64,000 bases of DNA from Ophelia neglecta (Eukaryota): NCBI GenBank assembly GCA_965285935.1, contig OZ260667.1:43772001-43836000 (forward strand). Direction: 5' to 3'. The notes under the pieces are model-generated. The model saw nothing but the letters and a program-made list of their open reading frames with translations, ran no database searches and was not told where the DNA came from. Shown piece after piece: positions 37,701 to 49,777 of the stretch (positions are counted from its first letter, which is position 1; the number at the start of each line of letters is the position of its first letter). A program made the position numbers and the translations under genes.

Positions 37701-40700
37701 TTGTTTGAGTTACTTGTTAATAATTGTACGTCTTCTTGTTTTTTCAGAGATTTGAAGATAGCATATGTGCCACAAAAAGCCTGGATAACCAATGCAACAG
37801 TACAGAGCAACATTTTATTTGGTAAAGAAATGGATGATGAAGCCTACAATCACGTTCTGGATGCGTGCGCCCTACGGGCAGATATAGAAGTGCTTGTAGC
37901 CGGTGATCAGACAGAAATTGGGGAGAAGGGGATTAATCTGAGTGGAGGTCAGAAACAAAGAGTTAGCATCGCTAGGGCTCTCTATGCTGGGGCAGATGTG
38001 GTCATTCTGGTAAATACGTTTTCATCTTCCAAAAGCAACACTCTGACATCGAAAGAACATTATGTAGATGAATCAATCCTGCAAACTTTTGTATTTTTTT
38101 ATATTCATTTTAGTCACAAGCGTTAAATAAACAAAATGGGACAAACATGTCAATAATTTAAAACAGCTGCTATAAAAAAACACATTATCACTTCTATTTG
38201 AAACATTGAACTGGTTTTTCTTAATCAAAAAATAATGAGCATAGTCTTATATCATTACCCTTTCATAGGATGACCCACTCTCTGCTCTAGACGCTCATGT
38301 CGGCCAGCATGTGATGAATGAAGCTATCATACAGTCTATGTTAGCCAATAACAAAACAGTGATCCTTGCCACTCATCAAGTCCACGTTCTGTCCCATGCT
38401 CACAAGGTCAGAAAAAACCTTATTTAAATATAGTCAACAGATAATAAATGAATGTGTTCCATTGTCACATTAATTAATGATTATGGTATTATGGTATTAA
38501 ATGTTATCTTCAGATATTAGTCATGTCCCATGGAAAAGTGACCCACCAGGGTCAATATAAAGATATCATGCTCCAGGTGCCTGATCTCGCTGAAACTTTG
38601 GAACCGTCGGACAAAAGCCATCAAGAGAGGTACCTGTTCCCCCATGAAATACTCTGGGTATAGCTTACCTTCATATTATATGATTCTAACAAGACATGGC
38701 AAATAGAATAATTTAGACTTCTTTAACTAGACATGTAAACATCATTGAATAAAAAATTCTTTTGACCAGTCTTTTCCATGAAAAGATAAAGTAAGTGCCG
38801 CTAACCCCAGCATACATTATGCTTTGGAATTTGATAAAAAAGACTCACTCATTTTGTGGAATGGAAGGGGAAGATCTGGATGAAAGTAGCAATTTTTAAA
38901 GTCGCATACTAGTGATTCTTCAAAAGTTTATTTAGCCTTTTATTTAGGCTGAAACATACTTTTCGCCAGGATATGCAACTTGAAATGTAAAAAAACGACC
39001 AACAACTTATGATCAATTGTACTATCTACCAAATGAAATGCGTCATTCTTGGATCAACCGTGACACATAGTGAATTAACGGCGCATATGCACTCTATGTA
39101 GTACTTAGAATAAAGGAATGCTCTGTACCTGACATATGTCCGTCAGACATATACTTGCATGTATATGAGTTTAAATTTAAATTTAATTACCCTAAACTAG
39201 CTCCACGTCTAACTTGGACCAGTTTATATATCAATTTGATTTGTTTCTTTGCGAATAAGATAGTTTTATGTCCCGCTAGCTTTGTTTTACAGTTTGTCTC
39301 ATTAGTGTGTTGCTAAATCTATTATATAAGAGAGTTTACATCATCTCTCTTTGGACATATTTCAGCTCTGTCCTACTTTGACCACTAACTCATTTGTTTT
39401 GTGATCTGAGTCGCATCACAGAAAACTTTTCGCTACTTCTTATTGCAAGTGTGCATGCATATATCTTTTTTGAGATATGTCTAAGTGTAAGGCTTAGTGT
39501 ATAATGAATGGATGTGTGCATGTAATGTGTATTTAAGATTGCTTATGTGTATATGTTTAAGATATGGCTAAGTGTATGATCGAGTGAATAATGCATAAAT
39601 GTGAGTCTGTCAATATGTGTTTTCCTTTTATCTCGATGTGTAGCGGATTTGATAAGTTGCGTCTAGAATTAGCGCTATAGAGATATAAAATAATAATAAT
39701 TGAAAAGTGATATCAATTTTTTTCGCATGTTTTCTTTTGTCACATGTGAATTTACTGTTTAGGAGCTGGAAATTAATTATTTGTGTGTATGTGGTGAAAC
39801 AGCTGCTGGTTCCTGATGATTAACTTCACTATTCTTGATCAGTAATTTGACTTTGTCAACCGGGTATCCACTCCTGGTTATTTGACTAGTGGCTCAGTAT
39901 AAGATTCAGTTTGTATAATTCGGCTGTAGTTACCAAGTTAAGATTACATCAAAGGTTGCACCAATCTCCAGCATGGTTAGCCATCTGTTTATTTTATCTA
40001 ACGGAGTTGCTAATATTGCAAATCTAGCGATGGATTAAATGTACTCATCAGTCGAGGTGTATTCAGAGAATTTTGGGCCATTCGGAAAATATATGCCTCT
40101 CACCAAATGCTTGTATTATAATGTCTGATGGAAAAATTGTTTTGTTGTGTTCAATTTGGGTTTGACATGGAATTCTTTGTGGGCCACTTGTAAAACATTG
40201 TGGGTCATGAATTCTGTTTATACTTCTAACACCATCTTTTAGCCATTAACACATAATTATAATTTATTCATTATATTTTTACATTTTGTTACAAATACTA
40301 TTTATCATGGCACTGTTTTGATTCTGTGTTGTGAGCCCATTTAATGGATTTTTCCACCAATATGAGATCTATATTATGCTGAATAGCCCTAGTTACGCCG
40401 CATTGTGGGTAGTAAAGACCGTGTGATTCATATACCTTGTTATTCATCTGTTCATCAGTTGACTGTTCAAATTGAATAGTCATGTCTATAAAAATTAAAA
40501 AAAAAACGCATCTTTTCCAGCAATCCTACTGCCAAGCACCTGAACCACCTCCTCTTCGATCCTTCAAAGGTTTGTGGGTCACATGTTATATCAATTAATA
40601 AATTCTGTAAGTTTCTTGGTAACTAACGTGGGTAATGGGATTCGAAATTGAACCAGAGTGCATTAATAATCTAACTTAGATATGCATGTTAGTTTATTTA

Positions 40701-43700
40701 ACCTCCACTTTCAGAAGAAAACATAATAGATAAATAATTAGGTAAAATAATGAACTCATTTGTTCAAGAAGACAGAAGGTACAAAGTCGATTTGGTTTTA
40801 GATTGATTGTAAGAATTCTTGCTCTTGAATTGTCTAAACACATAATTCTTATATCCAGTGTGGCAGTGTGGGTAATCTGGATCGCCAACCTCTCAGTGTG
40901 GTACGATGTGCTATCAGTCTACCCACACTTACCGATTTGGAACCTGAAAATCACTATAACTCCAGTCGCGATAGAGACCGACATCATGATTATAAAAAAG
41001 GATATAGTGTCAAAATGGGTTTGTACATATATATACTACAGTGATACATTACATTTACCAGTGTGTCAAAGACATGTTTTTGAAGTTACTTGTTTGTATG
41101 TTTCTTGTTTACTAGAATCAGTGGATAAATCGGGTCAACGGTATCCGATATCAAACATGATCGAGTCTGGGCGTCTGATAGAAGATGAAGAACGGTCGAG
41201 CGGAGCAGTTCCGCTAAAAATCTACTTGCATTACCTTAAGGCTGCCACTTTATGCCTGTCTGTTTTGGCCGTATCCTTGTACGCTGTCAGACAGGTAATG
41301 AGAATCGTCACCGACTTTTGGTTGGCGGAGTGGGCCGACACCTCACAACGTGCCGCAGAAGAAAGAAATACAGGTTTCGATGGCAGTGCCGTCAATAATG
41401 CTTCTCATTTGAACGACACGAAATTCGAGGTAATATATGTATTTTAAAGGGTGTATCACTGTCTCGCATTACCATTAAAATTTGTGTAACACCATGTTTA
41501 ACACCATTGTTGTTGACAATATATTTGGTATTCCAGAGCGAATATGATGTCAGCTATTACATGTCGTTATACGTGCTATATGCAGGTATCAGCATTATTT
41601 TGTGTGCATTGAGTGAGTATTTTGATTTTTCAAGTTTTCATATAGAGGGCGCTACATATTCTCTTTAACCTGACAATTTCTGATTTTTCGATTAACAAAG
41701 GCACGTTCTCTTCAACAATCCTTTCTTTTTACTTGATTAGATTTGATATGATATTTACATCGACACAATGAAAAAAAAATATATATGGGACTTTTTTTTT
41801 ATCTAGGTATACTATTTCTGGAGGTCATGGCTGTAGTTGCAGCCAAAAATCTATTTAAAAGAATGTTGAAAAAGATTGTTCGAGCCCCTATGAGGTTTTT
41901 TGACACCACTCCTATTGGACGCATCATCAATAGGTTAGCTGGCGACACCAACAAGATAGACGAAGTAAGTATTGCATTTCTTTATCTGAAAATACTATTG
42001 GCAAAAAAGAAATCTAATCTTTATTCTACCTAACGTCCCGGTAAATATTGCTGACATAAATAGGCATCTTATCTTTGCTCTATTACCCCTCCGGTACCTA
42101 TTGCTGACAAAAATCTCATCTTAATACAATATAACGCCCCCGGTACTTATTGCTGACGACAATAAGAATCTAATCTTAATGGTACATAGTAGTTATTTCA
42201 CTTCTTGAGTTATAATATTAGCTTTTAAATTTTTCCGACCAAAGTTCTCTATATATGAATTGGTGTTAACCTCGATCGACCACTGTATTGTCATACAGGA
42301 ATGGGGCACGTGTCTTTATATCGCAGCTATTTGATATACTGAATAAGATGAATGTGGGGGGGCGGCGGGAAATCACTTAACATGCATATATGTTTTTCAG
42401 CGCAAATGACTTTGGCGATGGCCTTAAAGTTTATTCGGGTATGATGATAATCTCTTTGTCTTATAATGTCTGAAACAAATCACATTGAACCTTTCCAGAT
42501 AATGGTGGTGTCCTGGGACATATTCTTGTTCTCTTTGGTGTTTGTGTTAGGAGGCATCGGTGTGAACGCCTACACAACCCCCTTTTTCATCCTCCCGGCT
42601 GTGCCCATCTGCATCTTGTATCTCGCCATCCAAAGATTCTACATTTCCAGCTCCAGGTATATGTGTCATTTAAATTGAACGAAATTGATGAAAGGATAAC
42701 CTACTACAAATTAAACTAAACTAAAGTGCATGTAAATACAACTGTGTATGTCCTACAAAAGCCAGCTCGTCAGATAACGGGGGAACATGAATAAACAGTG
42801 CCCAAGAACGTGTCATCAATGTGTTCTTTTAAACCAATAACGATTTTATATTATAATTAAAACTTTTATACAAAAAGTGCTGATGATGATGATTGTGATT
42901 ATGAAGTATTTGCCTTTCGAACAGGGAGTTACACAGACTCGACAACATCACCCGGTCCCCAGTCTTGGCACATTTCTCGGAGACATTGGGAGGTTTGTCC
43001 ACAATAAGGGCTTATAGGTCAGTTTGTGCAGCTCATTCTGATTAGCTGACCATTTTTCTATATTTATTAATGATTGAATTAAGTTATTGCAAAGTGTCTC
43101 AATTCATTATTAAGAAGAACAAGGCAGGAAGTAATGTTGAAAGTTTAATAAATATATTAAGCCTATCATTGCAATACATCGAGATACATGGGAACATAAT
43201 GGATTCAATAAGCGTGCTTCTATGACATGCACCCCTTTGATCCCGTAATAGTCTTTTAGTTGATGAAGGTAATCTTTCATTAAGGGAACAGAAGCGATTT
43301 CAAGAGACAAATTGGAAACGCATTGAGGACAACAACGCAGCCTGTCTGTTCAGAGAGACGGCCAACGCGTGGATGGGGATCCGCTTGGTGTGTAACAGTC
43401 TGTACTCACTAAAACTCACCCTGACATGTTAGGACAAGTCTACAGTCTTCATTTCATCTTTGTCGCATGTGTCCTACTCATAGCTACTAAAATGCATCCC
43501 TTGAATGGCGTATTTAAGTAGTGAGTGCTAACCCTATGTGTATACTATAAGCTTCAAATCAACTGTTTTGCCAAGTCATTTGTTTACAGGATTAGACGGA
43601 TTTCACGTTGCTCTCTAAGTAAGTATTGGGGGTTGTTTAAAAGGCTCAGACCCCCATTGGTATGTTTGCCGTAAACAATAGCAACTTACTATTCGGAGGA

Positions 43701-46700
43701 TATGTTAAACTAGTTTCACATTGAGTACGCCAGAAATATATACTGCTACGTCACTCTTTGAGGTCATTGAATGATTAATAGCGTATTGTCGACTTCTGAT
43801 TTCAGATATTAAGTCGTGTATTCGCTTCCGTTTCTTTGATCATGTGTTTTTCGAGACAAAACCCTTTGTACGATCGTGTAAACTCCCTCGTGAATTGAGT
43901 TTTATAGTCACCAGGGACCTAACACCTTTGTACACTGGTTCCGTCCTACGTTGACCTCTGACCACTGTTTGCGTTCAGGACATAAGTCGCTACGTATAAA
44001 TGCATGATTATGGAGTAAAAATATTGATTTTAGGATTACCTTGGAGGTATCATTATATTCAGTGCGGGCCTATCCAGCATCACTGCAGGAATCAATGGTA
44101 GCATCCCTCCCGCAGTGGTCGGACTCTCGATGGCGTATGCTATTATGGTAAACTATGTAACCTTTTCAAATTGCTGGCACATACTTACAGTAGTATAGAT
44201 ATTCATTCTAAATAAAAAACAAAGATTATTGATAATACGATCGCCTTTTCAGATCAGTAGTTTCCTTAACTTGCTAATGAGGGGAATGTCCGAACTAGAG
44301 ATGTCCTTCAATGCTGTAGAGAGAGTACTCCATTACACAGAAATAGACCCAGAACCACAAACGGAGAAAAATGTTCAAGGTATTCATTCTCAATTACTTT
44401 AATCGACAAATAAGGTACTTGGCTGTTGGCATTCCGACCACAAACACACATTAGACCCCAAAATGAAAATGCCAACAGCTGTTACACAATATTTTAAATA
44501 AGTATCGTATTCCCGAAGGGCACGGTATGTAGTTTTGCTCAATATGGAATTCTTTTGAAAGCATGACATGATAATGATTCTTAATCTACACAACTAACAT
44601 TCTATTCCAGTTCATTGCAATTAAACATGGCAATTTTTCATACAGTTTCATACCATTTCTGATATTATCTCAGCCAACCTTCCCGTACCAGCAGAGTGGC
44701 CAAAGACCGGTGATATTTTGTTCAAGAATGTATCACTCAGATATGATGCCACGCTCCCATCGGTAGTACAAAACGTAGACATCCAGATTGAATCTGGGCA
44801 AAAGGTGAATATTGAATTGTTTTATTGTTGGGATTTCTTAAAATATGACCAAATGCTATTTTAGTTGTGAAAACATTGCTAGTGTACTAGATAATGGTAG
44901 GAAAGAAATGGCATTTTTATATGTGGCTTAACGGTTTATGCATCAAAAAGTCTTATTTGTAGGTCTAGTCTTGTTAGGAAACCAACATTGTTAAATACAA
45001 TATGTCCCGTTATCTGATCTGTTCTTGTGGATTCGTTTACTGGACAGCAATGACATAAAATGACATAAAACATCGTTGGGCGCCCTCGATTGGAACAATC
45101 TGAAAGTTGCTTGCTTAAATCAGCACTACTTAAACATTGTTTTCACTTAATATAATACCGTTTTAGTATGACATTGATGAATATGATAAATAGTAAAGAG
45201 TTATGCTGATGTATGTTTCCTAATCCTCCAGGTAGGGATCTGCGGACGTACGGGCAGTGGTAAGTCCTCTTTCAGCCTATCGCTGTTCAGAATGGTAGAT
45301 ATCAATGAGGGCCAGATCCAGGTGGACGGCATTGATATTAAAGAGGTCCCCTTGGATAGGCTACGTGCCAGCCTTTCCATTATACCCCAGGATCCGGTCC
45401 TCTTTGAAGGAACTGTCAGGTATGATTTAGCTTCAACATTGGTTGGTTAAGGTTCCTAATATTTCATCGCGTTTTTAGGTTAGAGTATGAACAACGTTCA
45501 AATATGACTTTTCTTAGTTCGCGTAAGAAAGAGCACAGCATATACATATGAAAAGAGTAATTTGATTATGTCCCATCGCACATCCCGATGGATATTATAT
45601 TTAAACCCATTGCAGTATTTTACTGTGACGGTTTTAAAGCATTGTGGGATATTTTTTATTGATTTCGAAGTTCCAAGAAAACAGTAACTAGGGTCCTTGA
45701 AAACGTTTGCATGTTAACATTAGTATTTTAATCTTCATCACGGTGTCATTTAGAGAATTGATTACTTATATATCAATGTAAAGCCACTGGAAATTTCGTC
45801 CTAAGAACATATCTCTGTCAGTGGTCCCTTTAAAATTCAGGGATAAAGCATGTCATGTTCATGTGTCAACATAGCATTTATTACGAATGGGCATCTAATG
45901 TGGTGTCTGATTCGTTCAAGTTTATCTTAGGCACAATCTAGACCCATATGGAACGAAGTCTGATGAGGAAGTGTGGAATGCCGTTGAAATTGCCCAATTG
46001 AAGGAAACTGTTTTCAGTCTACCTCAACAAATGTGTAAGGTCCAAGTGATGAAACGTACATCTCAGTCTTATCATATCTACTTTAATATTTACTTTTTGA
46101 TTTCAATAATCGCTTTTCCAGATTGAAAACTCGCGGTGGGGAAGGTAAGCATTTTATGTCCACAAGCGGGTTACTACTTTCTGTATCTGAATATTGGATT
46201 TGAGGACTTTTTTATTCGTCCATGTTCAAATGGCTGGATTCGGAAATAAACTGCCTCCCACCCCACCGTGAGGTCAATTTCTGGGAAAGCCGTAAACCTG
46301 AATTATTTTGTAGCCCTGCATGCTTTCTAGACCCAATCTGCTACTGATGGCAGTATTTATCTTTACATGTACAATGAAACCCGTCTAATCAGGTCAGTCA
46401 AGTGATTCGAATAAAGTGCCCACATTACGCAGGTGACCTTAATACAGAGGTCACTTAATATAGGCATATATGGGGAAGAGGCTTTTCTTAATGACCTTAA
46501 TGAACAGGTGACCTCATTACACAGGTGACCACAAACACAGGTTTCACTGTATCTCTTACATGAACAAATAATAATGAATTAACAGTTGAAATCGTCGGCA
46601 TGACAGTTTGCCAGGATATTAAAGTGTTTATTTCGTCGGCATGACAGTTTGCCAGGATATTAAAGTGTTTATTTCGTCGGCATGACAGTTTGCCAGGATA

Positions 46701-47307
46701 TTAAAGTGCTAATTTCTTCGGCATGACAGTTTGCCAGGATATTAAAGTGTTTATTTCGTCGGTATGACAGTTTGCCAGGATATTAAAGTGTTTATTTCAG
46801 ACGCACAGGTGACAGAGGGTGGTGAGAATTTCAGCGTTGGACAAAAACAGTTGTTTTGTCTTGCGAGAGCCTTCCTGCGGCGGTCACCAGTGATAATCAT
46901 GGATGAAGCAACCGCCTCTATCGATATCAAAACGGACCTCCTCATACAACAAGTCATGCAGAACGCATTTACAGACAGCACAGTTCTGATAATAGCGGTT
47001 AGTGTATCTATCATGAGTTGTAAATGTGTTCACAACAGATTAATTATTTTTTTGATTGTCTGCAGAATATCAAATCGCCTTTTTTTCCCAAAGACCATGG
47101 TTTGATGTGATATTACAATGTCATGCTAACCTCGGTTGTTTGCTTCTACCTTTAAATCTTTTGCAGCATCGGATCCACACCATAATGAATTGTGATCAGA
47201 TAATAGTTCTTCAAGATGGCCGCGTCATAGAACATGATAAGCCAGACTCCTTACTAGCAAACAAGGAAAGTGTATTTTCATCAATGGTGGAACAAAACAA
47301 GATATAA
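28709..47307 (+). CDS. Sur: Sulfonylurea receptor-like ABC transporter, subfamily C (ABCC8/ABCC9 family), complete, about 1659 aa
   Basis: 29 exons: 28709-29254, 30586-30762, 30888-30944, 31160-31372, 33014-33187, 33340-33495, 34782-34916, 35158-35320, 36135-36175, 36636-37218, 37338-37443, 37748-38009, 38269-38406, 38514-38629, 40521-40569, 40859-41018, 41116-41429, 41537-41612, 41807-41964, 42499-42656, 42925-43017, 43285-43387, 44034-44147, 44253-44379, 44674-44804, 45232-45419, 45931-46034, 46801-46997, 47167-47307 (4980 nt, phases consistent). SUR-type TMD0/L0: [38 protein letters not shown]1: [28 protein letters not shown]2: [22 protein letters not shown]. Confidence 0.95.
29295..29881. 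mobile_element. PIF/Harbinger-family MITE in the first coding intron of the SUR-like gene
   Basis: Imperfect TIRs (AACTCCGGTTTACGCCTACACGATTTGGAC vs AGCCCCGGTCACACCTTCACGATTTGGAC). TTA duplication at 29292-29294 and 29882-29884. Internal cacga/tcgtg repeats. Confidence 0.8.
31817..32616. mobile_element. hAT-like non-autonomous element
   Basis: Perfect 14-bp TIR CAGTGATTTTGCTG / CAGCAAAATCACTG. Flanking 8-mers ctatgata and ataagata match at 6 of 8 positions. Confidence 0.65.
39480..39700 (+). mobile_element. Probable LINE (L2-like) 3' tail remnant
   Basis: TG-rich stretch ending in agcgctatagagatataaaa(taa)n, resembling L2 3' ends. Confidence 0.35.
41990..42180. repeat. Degenerate minisatellite of about 50 bp (3-4 copies)
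   Basis: Recurring ccggta..tattgctgac..aatct.atctt units. Confidence 0.65.
46372..46549. mobile_element. pogo/Tigger-like (Tc1/mariner) MITE
   Basis: TA|CAATGAAACCCG ... CAGGTTTCACTG|TA with TA on both flanks and internal aggtgacc repeats. Confidence 0.7.
46592..46796. repeat. 41-bp minisatellite, 5 near-identical copies, abutting a SUR splice acceptor
   Basis: Unit tcgtcggcatgacagtttgccaggatattaaagtgtttatt at 46592, 46633, 46674, 46715 and 46756, followed directly by tcag| and the exon at 46801. Confidence 0.95.
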
Positions 47308-47451
47308 TCGTGATCAAACGAAACTGAAAAATCAATTCAATTTATCTTAAAGTTGTATAATGAACATTTTATTTAACAATGTATGTATTGCTTAATTCAT
47401 ATCAAATAACAGGTTCTGGAATCGTTTGTGTAGTTGCTTCTTATCGATAAC

Positions 47452-47457
47452 AATAAA
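47452..47457 (+). terminator. Candidate polyadenylation signal of the SUR-like gene
   Basis: First of a cluster of AATAAA hexamers about 145-220 bp after the stop codon. Confidence 0.45.
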
Positions 47458-48445
47458 CGATTTATCATTTAAATAAATGTTGAAAACAATAAAATCGTAA
47501 TGTTGAATTGTCAATTGGATAATAAATGGATTAATTGTAGTCTATGTTTGGTAATAGTAGTTTGATAATATAACGAAATTGGACCTCTTCCTGGTAATAA
47601 ACGTACTGATAGGGCTTTAAATAACTCTTGTTTTTTTCTGATTCTGTTGAAGCTTTGAAGCTACTCTATACTTGGGACATATGTCACTTGAGTCCTGGGT
47701 TTAACTTTGTTTTACCTCATTATCACATTATACCGAGCGCAGCCATGGGTGTATATTTTTATCAAAGTGTATCTGGAATCAGGAGAAGCATGGGTCTGAC
47801 CCTCTATGCTATCAACTGTTTGTAAATTCAGGTTTTCGTCATGCTGGTTCCTGAATAAGGGGGAATTAAAACAAAGTATAAAAATGTTTAAACAAGAAAG
47901 CCGCTCACGTAATCTGAGTGTTCAGGCCTTACAACCATCTCACAAGTCTGCACAGCCTCGTCATATCCATTAGACCTCATCCCGTTTCCAGAAGGCGGGG
48001 CTACGAAATGGATGGATAAGTTTGCAAAACTGTATATATATAAGCATGTAGACTAACTAGGAGTTGTTCACAATTTAGCCTCTATTGTTTTGAGGCTCGA
48101 ACGCCCTTCCCACCGTCCGCTTCCCGCAACCCTCTACCTGCCTATTCCACCCCTTGCAACCATCCATCCCTCCTTGAGTCGCTCTCTGGCTTTCCAGGTT
48201 CCCTCTTCCTCATTTTGTTGTGAAAATTTTCAAGTTTGATGTCAATTAACGCATTATGAAATGAGATCTTAGCTTTATTTACTTTTATTGTGGTCTTCAA
48301 AATACGGAAAGGAAAATATATATTTTATCGAATATCTTTAACGTATTCACAGATTTTAAACTAGACAATAGGGGATAGTAAATCAATGTTCAGATAGGCT
48401 ATATACATTTATTACAGCTGCGTACGGTCTGAGGCACTGTCTCAT

Positions 48446-49777
48446 CATTACATCCGCGAAATGCGGATATTATGGAATCAGTAGCGCCGCCGCCGCCGCC
48501 GCCGTCGCCGCCGCAGATTTTAGTCGTTAACGCGATAACTCAAAAACCGTTTCATATATCTTTTTTTAATTTGACAAAGACATATCCCTTATTGTGAGGA
48601 GGAACTGATTCGATTCTGGTGAAATTCCGAAAATTATTATGTCAAAAACGGATTTTCAGCAATAACACAAAGAATATTTGATGCATCTTTTTCAAATTTG
48701 ACACAGACATATACCTTATTGAGAGGAAGAAATGTCTTGATTCTGGTGAAATTCCAATAATAATTAATTAGTTGAAATAATTAATTTATTATGTCCAAAA
48801 TGCATTTTCTATCATATATGGATATTGGCTTGAAGTTTTGTGTCATGGTTCAAGGATATTACAGTGTAATAAGTTAACTAATGTAATAAGTGTAATACAG
48901 TATAATAAGTTAACTAGTTAACTTTATTAATGACCGGATAACAAATTAGTTAAGGTCAATTTGCATTATTATTGACTTCATATAGAGTCTTTGAACATAT
49001 TGATGACCAGCTTCCATGTGTAGCTTTTTAATATAGTCTAATTATTAAACAAATTAATTTATTATATCCAAAATGCGTTTTCTTTCATATCTTTCAATGT
49101 ATTGAAGATATTGGCTTGAAGTTTTGTGTCATGCATCTTATAATAACTATATACATTCTGTGTAATAAGTTAATTAGTTAACTTTATTAATGACCAGAAA
49201 AAAATGAGTTTAGGCTATTTAACTTTATTAATGACCAAACAAAATTGAGAACTATATACGGTCTGTGTAATTATTAGTTAACTAGTTAACTTTATTAATG
49301 ACTGGAACAAAATTAGTTAAGGCTAATTATCATTATTTTTGACTTCATATAGAGTCTAATGAACTTTATTTATGACCAGGAAAAAAATTAGTTAAGGCCA
49401 ATTTGCATTATTTTTGACTTGATATAGAGTTTTTGAACATATTGATGACCAGCTTTAATGTGAACCTTTTTAATATAGTTTTATTACTAAAACAATTATT
49501 TTATCATGTCCAAAATGCATTTCCTTTTATATCTTTCAAAATATCTAAGATAATGGCTTGAAGCTCTGTGTCATGGTTCATGTTATAACTATATACGATC
49601 TGTGTAATAAGTTAACTAGTTAACTTCATTAATGACCGGAAAAAACATTAGTTAAGGCCAATTGGCATTATTGATTGACTTCATATACATGTATAGTCTT
49701 TGAACATATTGATGATAACAATTGCGCGCTTACGCGGATATACCTTGCTGTCGGGCTCCGACAGCGTGGGCCTAGTT
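48446..49777 (+). mobile_element. Helentron-associated (HINE-like) element, copy 2
   Basis: Same 5' end (ACATCCGCGAAATGCGGATAT, GCC repeat, gcagattttagtcgttaacgcgataactcaaaa), internal tandem units and 3' end (gcggatatac..GCTGTCGG..CCGACAGC..CCTAGTT) as 26266-27422. Confidence 0.75.

Noticed and set aside
38000-38280. NBD1 Walker B 'DD' and NBD2 'FSVGQ' as inactivating mutations
   Set aside because: This degenerate site is normal for ABCC/SUR proteins.
40803-41115. Hydrophobic N-terminal part of the 214-aa ORF as extra transmembrane segments
   Set aside because: Splice-phase analysis puts exon 40859-41018 in a different frame. Only 41116-41429 of this ORF is coding.
46592-46796. Regularly spaced repeats resembling a CRISPR array
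   Set aside because: Units are head-to-tail with no unique spacers, inside a eukaryotic intron, and there are no cas genes.
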